A stretch of 64,000 nt of DNA. It comes from Selaginella moellendorffii. Lineage: Eukaryota > Plantae > Lycopodiophyta. Position numbers and translations under genes: made by a program. A model generated the notes under the pieces. It saw only the letters and a program-made list of their open reading frames with translations, did not search any database and was not told the DNA's origin. Position 1 is the first letter of the stretch, and each line of letters opens with the position of its first letter. Positions 12,271 through 23,324 of this stretch are shown here, piece after piece. The stretch spans positions 257,811 to 321,810 of the forward strand of contig NW_003314357.1 of the NCBI RefSeq assembly GCF_000143415.4, read 5' to 3'.

Positions 12271-14099
12271 TTTTGTTTCTCAATTCTATGACAAGGAGAC
12301 AATTGAAAACATAATTGGTTTTTGTGACTTGTCAGATTGAGCTGTAGAAGACCTTCAGCAAGGAGAACTATGAGTGTACATGTGTGTATCTTGTAATGGT
12401 GCAGGATGCATGGGTGTGCATGACATTGTGGACTTTTTGCTTTGTCCACAGCACACCCGTCAATATGACATATATGGTTTTTTATTTTTCTATATGGTTT
12501 TTCACATAACTCTCACAAAAATTGAATAAAATGAAATAGGTGAATATTCTGTTTCAACCATGTGAGGTTGCAAGATTCCCTTGCAAGAGTACATTGATTT
12601 GGGATCAAAGTCTTATAATTACTATAGTATACATATATGTGTTCTGACATAATTCTCTCCAAAGTATAGTTATGAAACTGGAACTGAATCAAGTTATCAA
12701 TATACATAACATTTGATTCTATGAATCCTATTATGCAACTATAAATCAGTCTGTAGATAACATATGATTTTTATTCTAAAACTATAAATTAATGTGTTTT
12801 TTAATGTAGAAAAAATATTTTTTCTCTTTATATTTTAAAAATAGAATATAATCTAGTTGATGATATATGTAATACAAAATTGGAACACAATATGGTCTTT
12901 AATGTAGATAACATATGATTATCTCAAGCACAATTTTAAAACTAGGACACAATCTGATTTCTAATATAGATAATGTTATGGCACATTATATGTGAAACAC
13001 AATATTGTTTTTAATATAGATAACATATAATTATTTTAAGCATTATTCTAAGGTTGGAACATAATATAGTTTTTAATAAAGATAGAGTTGTTGTCCATGA
13101 TTTCAATATAGATAATGGTATGGTTTACATTAGCTTTACTTGGCCATAGCAGCTTTATGAGGGGGCATGGTGGTGGCTAGTGTCATGGGACTTCTTTTCT
13201 GCTTAGCCATAGTGTTCACATTTGCATTTCAATTTTATGGTGAATAAATTTTTTTTCTCTCTAATGAAACTCTATGTTAGACTCAATGGTTTCCTACCGA
13301 ATGTGTAGAAATTATGCCTATCAATGAAATATGTTAGCATAACTTATCTGTTGATTTATAAAAAGGAGTGAGAAAAAAAAACTTTAATATAGTTCTACTT
13401 CACTCTTCTTTGTTTTATGATGTTTGGGCAAAACATTTTGATTACACCTAAGCTTATGTAATAGAATCAACATAGAGAAACTGAATAAAAGAATGTAATA
13501 AAACAAAAATGTTGTATAACTGTCATTGTGCTACAATTGTTGGCCTCTAGCACTACTAACATTCCACCCCTTGAGCCTATTGTCAAGGGCCAAAGCCAGC
13601 TCAAGAATAAGAGTTAAAGTCAGGAGTTTTTCCTTCTTTTTTTGGTTATAGTGGGGGAATAAGGGAATATTTGGCTGGAAACAGGGTGTTACCTTTGGTG
13701 CCAGAGGTTGACGAGAGGGCAAACAGCCAATTTCCGGGCATAGCATGTGTGTAGAAGTGAGGGGAGTGAAATAAAAGAGAAGGTTCTTGGAAGGATGCCT
13801 CATCTGACAGCCTTGAAGCGCGTGGAGCGGAGGTTGGCAATGTAGTAGCAACTACAGTTGTTTGAGGAGCGCATCATAACAAGAATCGCTCAAGATCAAC
13901 CAATCTATGTGAGTTGTCCGACCTGTAAGCAGCCTTGGGTTAGGATGTTGGCAAAGGTTGTAGCAGAGGTTGCCGAAGAGGCTAGGGACGAGACTAGGCA
14001 GCAATGATTCTCCACTTCGTTGGAGTGTCATCGCGAGGAGTGACATCTTTTGGTGACTACCAGGGAAGCAAGTGTTGAGGGCATCCTTTTTAGCTACCT

Positions 14100-14360
14100 T
14101 TTAGCCAATAGGCTTTTCACAGTGACTCATAAGTGATTTGAGTCATTTCCAACTTTTGTTGGGTGAGAGTTTACAAAACTATACATTAAGGTTCAAGGGA
14201 TTGATTCTCAAGAAGCAACCACAACTAACAGAAGAGGAGCAAGCACAGTACTACATAAATGGCTTGCCTCATGCAGTTAACTTTCATGTCTCATACTATA
14301 ATCCACAAACTTTGGCCGATGCAATTTGTCTTGTAAGAACATGGGAGCAAGTGTAGCTCA
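14100..14360 (+). mobile_element. Gypsy gag (Retrotrans_gag-like) remnant
   Basis: QLLLGESLQNYTLRFKGL..EEEQAQYYINGLP..PQTLADAI. Confidence 0.7.
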
Positions 14361-14818
14361 AGATGAGATGCCACTATAGTAATCCTAGATTAGGAGCTTT
14401 CAGCAATGGAATGATGAGTTCTATGATAAGAGGTCCTGCAAGTATGCTGTAGCAACCAATGCCTACTAGACAATAGTCTTCTGGAGTATTTAGAACAAGT
14501 CTTGGGATGATGGACTATAGCTACCAACAACAGTGACAATGGCAAGCTTTAACAAATGTAATTCCAAATCCAATGCCAACTACAGTGGATATCCAAGTAG
14601 AGATGAAGAAAATAAAGGAGGACATAGTGGAAGTCGTGACAAAAAAAATGAATGACTTGTAATTGAATTGGGTCAGAAGGGTATAGAGTAGGCTATAACC
14701 CATATGGCATTCTTTACTGTTTAATGATGAAAGTCTTAGAAGTGTTTTAAATGAGTTTCATAATATTTAATTTTCTAATAAAAAATTTATTCAAGTTAAC
14801 AATTTTTAATTTAGTAAT

Positions 14819-15841
14819 TTAAAGAGCTTTCCAAAAGACTCTTCCTTTCCAATAAATAATAACATTACCATAGTTTGTAATAACTAGTGTTGTTGTGATC
14901 TCACATGAAGGTTGTGGTTTGCAATAAATATTACTAGCCCAATAAATAAATTTGCTATTATCATCTTTAGGTTGCAGATATGTATTATCTTCTTTAATCA
15001 CAAAATTACCATCCTTTTGCAAATGTGCATAACAATTTTGAACAGGTTTAAAGTTATGTTTACTAGTCCAAAGGATAGAGTTATACCCAATTCTATATAG
15101 CACTAGCTTGCAATTACTATCTAAGGTTAGTTTAAATTTTCTATTTCCTGAAGTTATACTATTATTAATATCAATAGTTGAGCCAACAATATCAGCATTT
15201 TGCCCAACAAGTACAGTTGAAAATGCCCAACAATTTTCACTATAGACATCCTTTATTTGCAAAGGAATTACTTTTTTTATTGGAATTATAGATATTGGTT
15301 TATCAGTAGAATTGATATGCATTAATAAATCATGAGGAAGCATTGCAGAGAAGGTATAATCAATCATAAGATTTAAAAATACAACTCGAATTTCTGCACA
15401 AAAAGATATACGATGAGGGTCTGATGCAGCATAGTCAACAATAGAGGTTACAATTCTTTCAAAAATTATTCTAATTTCAGGACCTTGATAACCAAATGGG
15501 CTTGTTGGATCAGTTGTGCAAGTATATGATACAAGACTCTCTGGACCAGTGACTCCAGGAGCTAAAATATATAAATTTACAGTCATCCTAATCCTTGATC
15601 TACGAAAGATGATGATCAAAGTTTGTAATGATGGGGGATATGTTTGGCCATCTTGAAACCTTGAGTAAATATACAATAAAGTATGCCTTAAAGTGCGCCT
15701 GAATATATTTACATTAAGAACAAAGGGATTTCTAATATAAACCACACTAGGGTCAGTAGCTGGAGTAGGAGGTGGTGACAATACAAATATTAATGAATTT
15801 GAAATGAAAAAAATGTATATAAGAAAAAAATTCATTCTCAT
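14819..15841 (-). CDS. Secreted protein: signal peptide, unknown ~190-aa domain and C-terminal bulb-type (GNA) lectin domain
   Basis: Intronless, AT-rich 340-aa ORF with a hydrophobic N-terminus. C-terminus has SITSGNRKFKLTLDSNCKLVLY, ILWTS, LQKDGNFVIK, YWASN and NYGNVIIY..VFW repeats. Confidence 0.8.
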   Translation of the reverse strand: MRMNFFLIYIFFISNSLIFVLSPPPTPATDPSVVYIRNPFVLNVNIFRRTLRHTLLYIYSRFQDGQTYPPSLQTLIIIFRRSRIRMTVNLYILAPGVTGPESLVSYTCTTDPTSPFGYQGPEIRIIFERIVTSIVDYAASDPHRISFCAEIRVVFLNLMIDYTFSAMLPHDLLMHINSTDKPISIIPIKKVIPLQIKDVYSENCWAFSTVLVGQNADIVGSTIDINNSITSGNRKFKLTLDSNCKLVLYRIGYNSILWTSKHNFKPVQNCYAHLQKDGNFVIKEDNTYLQPKDDNSKFIYWASNIYCKPQPSCEITTTLVITNYGNVIIYWKGRVFWKAL

Positions 15842-17139
15842 GATAAGTATATAAATTTATAAACTCCTTAATATTATTTTATGTTATAATTAGGCCAATC
15901 TCATTGGTATAATATTGTGGGATATCCATCTAAATGCTTATTTGTATTTTTGGTAAATCCAAATAAGTGTACAAAAGAGGTATTAGTTCAATATCTAAAT
16001 TATTTTAACTATATTATCCAAAATTTAGAGCTTGCGAAGGGGTAAAGATATATATATATTCCAATGAAACAGACAGCAAAGATGGATATTCTTTAGAAAG
16101 ATAATAAGTGCCTTAACAACTTAGACATATAAAACACATTCGTTATTAAAGATGCAAGATGTGTTTTGTCAGATAAATAAATGGTACTTTAGGGATATTA
16201 TTTTTATATGATCGATTCAGAGTTTTTAATGTTTGATGGTTATGATTTATTTCTTAACAAATATGGTCTAAAATACTATACACTACTATCAATTTTATTC
16301 AATATAAAAATCTAGCTCATTATTAATGAGTATCATTATGAACCACAACCATAACCTCCTCTTCCTCGTCCATGACTTTATTCATAATTGTGGCCACCAT
16401 CACTACCATCACCAGCATTAGTCACAAACTAGGAGTCTCATGAAGATAGTACCCATCAATTTCCCCATATATAATCTATTTAACATTAATAAATATAGTT
16501 AAATTTTCTCTCACCATGAAAGTAATCCATAAATATGAACTACAAAATGCTGGCAAAAAATATGTTATATCTTGCAATTGTCTCTAAATTAGAATTTGTT
16601 TTGGAAGTCACTAAAGAAAAGCCAAAGTCCTTGTCACAGTAATTTTTTTTCCATAACAATAAACTCACACCTTGTGTTAATTGTTACATCACAAGTAGTA
16701 TATACTAGATTTTCTCATAACTTGGCTATCAGCAAACTCTTCTTTGACACATATCCTCCTAAAACTAATATTTATTGCATATCGTTTTTCTAACACCAAA
16801 ACCATCTATTGTTATCAAACATAAGCACAAACTGAAGGATTGTAGCAGCTAATCTTTCTCATAAAAACTCTATATAAAATAAAATAAAACCTTTTTGTGA
16901 TTTAGAGTATTATAAGATTTTAAGGGTATCAAATTCCTTACCTCTAAAGTAATACTTGAATAAAAACCATTATACTGATTAGGATGAAATTTAACTAAAC
17001 TCTAAACTTGATATGTGTCCATGGCAATTTAGCTCGAGTATTGTGCCAGCACTAACTTGCATTAACTACTTCAAAATTTTATTAAAATATGTGCTTTAAG
17101 AATAATTGTATTAAGAAGCATAAAGTGCTATTGTAAACT

Positions 17140-17480
17140 AGGTAATATAAGCTTGAATTTGGATTAGCTAAAGAATTATAATGGATATCCTATTATATTA
17201 TTCTACCAATAAGTTTGGAAATATTTATTCTTATTGTATTAGATCATATTTACATTTGTGCAGAGATTTGAGTTGTATTTTTAGATATAAGGATTGACTA
17301 TGACTTTTTCCAGTACTACGTAGTGATTTTGGATTAAATATAGGTTCTATAAAAGGTATTAATTTCTTTAAAAGTGATCAAAGTGGAAATCCTCTTCTTT
17401 ATATAATGGACATTTGGTGATGAAATTATCCAAGTAAACAATGGTTTAACTTCTGGAAATAAAAAGTTTAGGTTATGATA
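17140..17480 (+). pseudogene. Degenerate paralog of the 14819-15841 lectin-fusion gene
   Basis: DHIYICAEI*VVFLDIRIDYDF matches HRISFCAEIRVVFLNLMIDYTF, and QVNNGLTSGNKKFRL* matches DINNSITSGNRKFKLTL. Confidence 0.75.
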
Positions 17481-19158
17481 GATGAGTATGATAAAAATTT
17501 AAGATTAAAAGTATGAACCACTTCTTCATCTTAAGTTTGAGCACTTTATATTTGCATCATGTAATAGTGTTAATCTTCATTCTCTATAGTAAATGTTAAA
17601 AGATATAAGCACCATAAAGATAGCCCCACCTAGTTTTTAGTGGGTATGATGTTATTGGTTCTTAAGGGACACTAAACATTTGATGCACTTTCAAGAAAAA
17701 TAGTCTTAGAGAATAATTATTAAGATCAAGTAATTTCAATCAAAATATATATGCTTAAGTGTTATATTGATTAAAGTTTCATAATGTTATATTATACTGC
17801 ATTTAATCAATAAATATCTGTTTTTGCATATATTGTTATGAAATATTTTCCAACCAAGAAGATATAAGTTTGGTATTTTTTATTGAAACAAAAAAAAACA
17901 TAATTGGTACTTCACTTGTGTTTTTGAGTTTCTTCTTAATCATAGCCTTGTGCTACAAGCTGGAAATATCTTTGAAGGCTCAAGATTAGCCATAAACTAA
18001 ATTGAAGCCATACTCTTGCAATAAGCCTTGTGACAGGTTAGGCAACTTATTGCTCATTACAAGTTTTGGATTTAATCATTCCCAAAGTGTGTGTTACCCA
18101 AAGATGTCTACCATGGATAAAGTTGGCCTAACTACATCAGACTCTTTGCAAGCTTTAAATTTGGAAGGTAGTTAAGTGTTACATTTTACAAGGCAATTTC
18201 TTTTGCCTTGCAATAGGAAAGGTGAATATTACAATTGTCCTTTATTTTGCAAGATAAAAATTTAACTTATACTTCCTAATATATAGATATTTATATATAA
18301 AAAATGCTTCTAATACAACTAGTTCAATCACACAAAATCCTTCTCTCTCTTTTTGATGCCATTTATCATTAACATGCCCCTAGTTAATCTTATTGTAGTC
18401 ATCATCACCATTTAAATAGAAGAACATAAAATTATCTAAAGTAGAGAGCATCTTGAAGTAGTTTTTAGTTGATTTTGACAAGAAAATCCATGTTTAGCAC
18501 AAACAAGTGTTTAAAAATTTCAAGAAGATGATTTTTCACAGTTCCATCAAATTATAATATATATCTATCATGGAAATATCATCTCTGAAAACCATTAATC
18601 CATTTTTTGTTGGCAAAGTCTTTTACATTTTTCCCCATCTATTGGTTTAATAAGATTTCTTTCTATGTAAACTTTGACAATGATTCGTGATCAACATTTT
18701 TTTATTTGTTTCCATTTCAGCCAAGCATATTAATAAGATAATATGCTTTGATAGGGCTAAAATATTTTGAATTTGTCCTCAAAATGTATGCCACGTGGCA
18801 AACCCTACCCTTCAAGTAATGGCAAATTAGAAACTAATCCTCAAATGCAAGATAAACATGCCTTTGCAGGGCTCTTCAGGGTACAAATTTGAGGCCTGAC
18901 TCTTTTTACAAACCTTTTAATTAGGTCAACACCAGTTTTGACATTTGATCTTGTCTTTTCATCAGGTTATATTCCTGGTATGCAATACTATCCATCTGCT
19001 TCAATAAAACTCTGAGCACCTTAAGCTTGATTGTGGCGCCATCCATTGCAGCCTATTTGTCACATTTATGTAGCATGGCAACAATTTTAGAATATGTAGT
19101 ACAAGCAAATCAAATTTGGCACTAGTCAATGATAGTCAACAGTGTTTAGGTCACGGAG

Positions 19159-20999
19159 ATGGAGGAGGCTAAAGGCAAGGGGAACGAGGCGGTCAAGGCG
19201 GGCGATTTCGCCCAAGCTCTAGATCACTACAAGCAGGCGATCGCGATTGCCGTGGCGGATCCAGCGAGAGCGGATGATCTGGCGGCCTTGCACAGCAACT
19301 GCTCGTTTGCGCACCTCAAGCTGGGGCAACTGATCGAGGTATTGAAGCGATCAATCATAACTTTAAATGCGATCATTTGCAATCCAACTAGGCCTTGGAT
19401 GAAGCAATTAAATCCGTGCATGCAAACAGCAAATGGAGCAAAGTAAGCGGTTCTTCGAATCCTTGGAGAAAATGTGATGAAAGTTTTTTTTCTTTCCTCT
19501 TTTCATGTAGGCTCACTTTCGATGCGGGGAAGTTTACTTTGCGATGCGGGATTACGCCCGTGCGGAGGAAGCATATGCACAAGCAGCTCAACTGGTACGA
19601 TCTCGCTCTCTTTTCCTTGTTGCTTTCGAGTTTTTCGTTTTATCTTTATCTGTGTAGCTTGCAGTCTCCAGCAGATGAAACCATCGGTAGAAAACTCCGT
19701 CTCACGCGTGAAGCTGTAAATGGGAACTTCTACTTTCGACAGGTATGATTTTTCGCTGGAGTTTACTTATTTCTTTTGACTGATACAAGACCACTTTTTT
19801 TCTAGCTTCTAGCGGGAAGAGATTTCTGTCTAAACCCCGGGAATATAATAGAAACGCAGGTGAGTGAGGCTTATTTTTTGCTGCTCAAAGTATAGCTCGC
19901 CACAATGAGATGTTTACTTCAGATTTTCAACGCTGGAGCTCAGATGCAAAACTACGTCTATTTGGTTGGCGATGCGAAAACTCGCGAGGCTGTAGTGGTC
20001 GATCCGGCATGGGACGTCAAAGTAAGTCCTTACATGCGTGGAAAAAATCTTGTTTTATTGGAGTTCCACTAGGGAATCAAAGCCTTCGCAGATGCGGAAC
20101 ACATAAAACTTGTAAGTGAATTTTATTTTGGGAGATCATTCTAAAAGAACTTCTTTCTCTCGCTAAAGGTCGGTGCTGTAGCTACTCATTATCACTTTGA
20201 TCATACTGGAGGCCCCCCTCCGCCTCCTTTCGATCGACTTATGATCAAGCTGCCGGGAGTGCGTCAACTGGCAGTCGAAGATAATCTCCCGGTACAGCCA
20301 TTGTATTTCTTGTGTTGGTTCTAACTTTTCCTTTTCCATTTTCTTGTGTCTTATAGATTTATGTCAACAAGCATGACGCTGGAACAATCAAGACCAAGAA
20401 CGAGGTGCCCGCGCAGTCTATAGTCGAGTTGGATGTAAGTGGTGATCGTCGTGCTTTGAGTGTCTATTTCCAATTCTTTTCAGGATTTGAGCACTGTGAT
20501 GGTGGGAAGCGTGAAACTGGAGTTCATACACACACCGGGTCACACTCCGGGAAGCCAGTGCATTCGTATCAACCGGTGCGTGTCACTCACCTCTTCTTTC
20601 TCCGGTTTTGATAAAGCAATGCTGTCCAGAGCTCCGGCTGAGGACATCCTTATTTCCGGCGATACTCTCTTCATTTCCAGGTACTCTAAATCGACTCTTC
20701 TATGTGATAGATGACGCTCAAAAAACAACAAAAAAAACGTAGCTGCGGGAGATTGGATCTTCCAGATTGCAGTGTTGAGGCCATGTACACAAGCTTACAG
20801 AAGAAACTTGCATCCTTGCCCGATTCCACGAGGTAGCGTTGTTTCCATTGACATATATCTCCATGGCTCGCTGCTTCCTTGTAGAGTCTATCCTGGTCAC
20901 AACTATGGTGGCCCTTCCACCTCCATCGCAAACGAGAAGAAGCACGGGTTCCTGCGACCGATGTCCGAGAGAGAGTGGCTCCAGCAGCACCGCCTCTAG
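19159..20999 (+). CDS. TPR domain fused to a metallo-beta-lactamase-fold hydrolase (glyoxalase II-like), 13 exons
   Basis: Exons include 19159-19338, 19392-19442, 19511-19594, 19665-19742 and 20886-20999, all GT-AG. TPR: AKGKGNEAVKAGDFAQALDHYKQAI..LHSNCSFAHLKLG. MBL motifs: VVVDPAWD, THYHFDHTGG, HTPGHTPGS, SGDTLF, GRLDLP, YPGHNY. Confidence 0.88.
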
Positions 21000-22166
21000 C
21001 TCGCGAGGAAGCGGTCGAGTCAAAGAGTGTTTGACCACCGCTGACTCCCGTTGACCGTGGGAGAAAGTTTGGCACAGATTATCATGGTTGTTGTGGTGTG
21101 TCCCAAGTAACAAGGCTGGCGGCCTGTGACCAGCGCAGCTGGATTTGGACTTGAATTGCGTATCTCGTTTCCTCGCTTCCAATGTCCCCTTCCATGAAGT
21201 TAAAAAAGCTTTAAAAACTATACCACCATTTCTTTGTTCCTCGTCTCGGGTGTTTCGCCGGGCCAGTTTGGTTTTGGATGGCGATCGCTAGAGGCACTGC
21301 TAATTTGCCACTCTCTCTTTTCCTTCTACAAACAAGGACATACTACACTTACGTAATGTCCACACCACAAAAACAATGGGAGAGTTTAATAACTTTTATG
21401 TGCTGATACTATTTTGGAATACAATGTGGCCGGAGAGAGTTTCTATTTTGGGTCACACAACCATGTTGTGTTGTTGGGAATGCAGCGAGCAAAGCAAGCA
21501 AGAGATCGGTACGACACGTGTCCGTACGCCATTCATTCATTCATGGGTCACGAAACCAAATAATTCTCTCCTCTATTATTTTCTTTCTCTCGAGCGATGC
21601 TTCACGCGCTCTCGTCTCGTTGTCTTCGATCTCGTCGCTCGTGAATTGGATTGGTTTTGCTGCTGCTGCTGCTGCTCCGTGAGAATCTGGACTGGACGAT
21701 CTCTTTGCTCTCCCAGAGGCAGGAAAAGAAAGGCAGAACTTTGAGCCTGGCTGGAGAGCGTGAGTCTGTGCTACTATACCTCAACGCCTGTGACCAAACA
21801 GCCAGCCAGCGCGTGAATAGTCAAGGCTCGAGGTCCAAGGTAGCCGAGAATCTGTAGATCTTCTTCACTTCCCATACTGGAAAACAACTAAGGAAGATCA
21901 CATGAGACCATTTACTCAAGAGGAAGGAAACGAGACAGGGACAGAGAAGAGAGAGAGAGCAGACGAGTTCTAGCTATATATTCGTACCGTTGTCCTTGAG
22001 GGACTTGAGCTGAGTGCTATAGCTGAAAGAATAGACAAAGCAGAGTTAGATCAGTGCTAGAGTAGAGGAAGGATACTTACTTGAGAAAGGACGAGCAGCA
22101 GCTCGGATGATAGAAGTTTGAACTGGAAAGCATTTCAATTCACAGCGCTGCTCACCACCACCGTCG

Positions 22167-23186
22167 ATGGATAATTCAGCACCGCCTCCAACACCACCAC
22201 CAGCGCCAATCCAGCCTCCAGCAGTCGCGGAGGAAGTGAGCTCTGCTGCTGCTGCTACTTCCAATGCCCGTCCTTCTTCCCAGAAAGGAGGAAGGAGAGC
22301 GAGAGCCAGAGGGAAAGGCGGTCCAGAGAACGGTCTTTACACGTACAGAGGTGTCCGGCAACGGAGCTGGGGACGATGGGTAGCCGAGATCCGCGAGCCG
22401 AGGAGGCGGACTCGGGTATGGCTGGGAACATTTGCGACTGCTCAAGACGCTGCTCAAGCTTACGACATGGCAGCCTGGCGGCTCTACGGCTCCCGAGCTC
22501 AGCTCAACCTCCGGCCATCACCCCCGTCATTTTCTTCGTCTTCTCGACAAGGGAGCGCTGGTGGTAGCAGCGTTGCGAAGCCCAGGATCATTCTTCCAAG
22601 TTCCATGCGTCCTCGAATGATGAGCCTTCCTCCTCACCACCGCTTCCAAATTCCCAACTTCAATCAATTCCTTTCTCATCAAGCTGCCACCAGCTCTTTA
22701 TTTCCGCTTCCAAATGCCGCCGCCGCCACTGCTGCTGCCGGTACTGGTCCTCTACTGCTGGGATCTTCTTCCTCGTTTTCTTCTTCCCCTTCTCTTCATT
22801 CGTCTGTTTTGTACCCAGCAGCAGCAGCATACAGGGAGTCCTTGCAAAGAACCAGTAACTTGAGCAGCAACTCGAGCTTTTCGGTTGCCTGTTCTTGTTG
22901 CGTGCAGCCTCCGCAGCAGCAAAAGTATCCGGACGTCTGGTATGACAGCATTCTAAGCGACTCCGAATCAAGCCCAAGCCAGCTGACAGGAGGGCCATCG
23001 TCTCCAAGCTCTTGCAGCGGAATTCACTGGCATCTTTCCAATGTTGACGATTCTAACGATAAAAAAGTCGCAAATCATGGAGCCTTTGACTGGATTCCCG
23101 ACATGTTCGACTCGTCAGCCGCTGTCAACGAGATCCTGTCCGCCAACACCAGCAGCAGCAGCACAAGCTTGTCACCAAATAGTTGA
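22167..23186 (+). CDS. AP2/ERF transcription factor, DREB A-3 / ABI4-like, intronless
   Basis: [58 protein letters not shown], followed by Ser-rich tracts and an acidic tail. Confidence 0.9.
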   Translation: MDNSAPPPTPPPAPIQPPAVAEEVSSAAAATSNARPSSQKGGRRARARGKGGPENGLYTYRGVRQRSWGRWVAEIREPRRRTRVWLGTFATAQDAAQAYDMAAWRLYGSRAQLNLRPSPPSFSSSSRQGSAGGSSVAKPRIILPSSMRPRMMSLPPHHRFQIPNFNQFLSHQAATSSLFPLPNAAAATAAAGTGPLLLGSSSSFSSSPSLHSSVLYPAAAAYRESLQRTSNLSSNSSFSVACSCCVQPPQQQKYPDVWYDSILSDSESSPSQLTGGPSSPSSCSGIHWHLSNVDDSNDKKVANHGAFDWIPDMFDSSAAVNEILSANTSSSSTSLSPNS

Positions 23187-23324
23187 GCTCCGCCCGGCCA
23201 TGTCCGCGTTGATCAATTCTTTCTTTCTTCCTTTTCCCATCTCTTCCCAGTTTTTGTTGCCATTTTTTTCGTTGAATCCAATATCTTCTTTCTAGCTGAT
23301 AGATGTCGTTGCGAACCAGACTTT

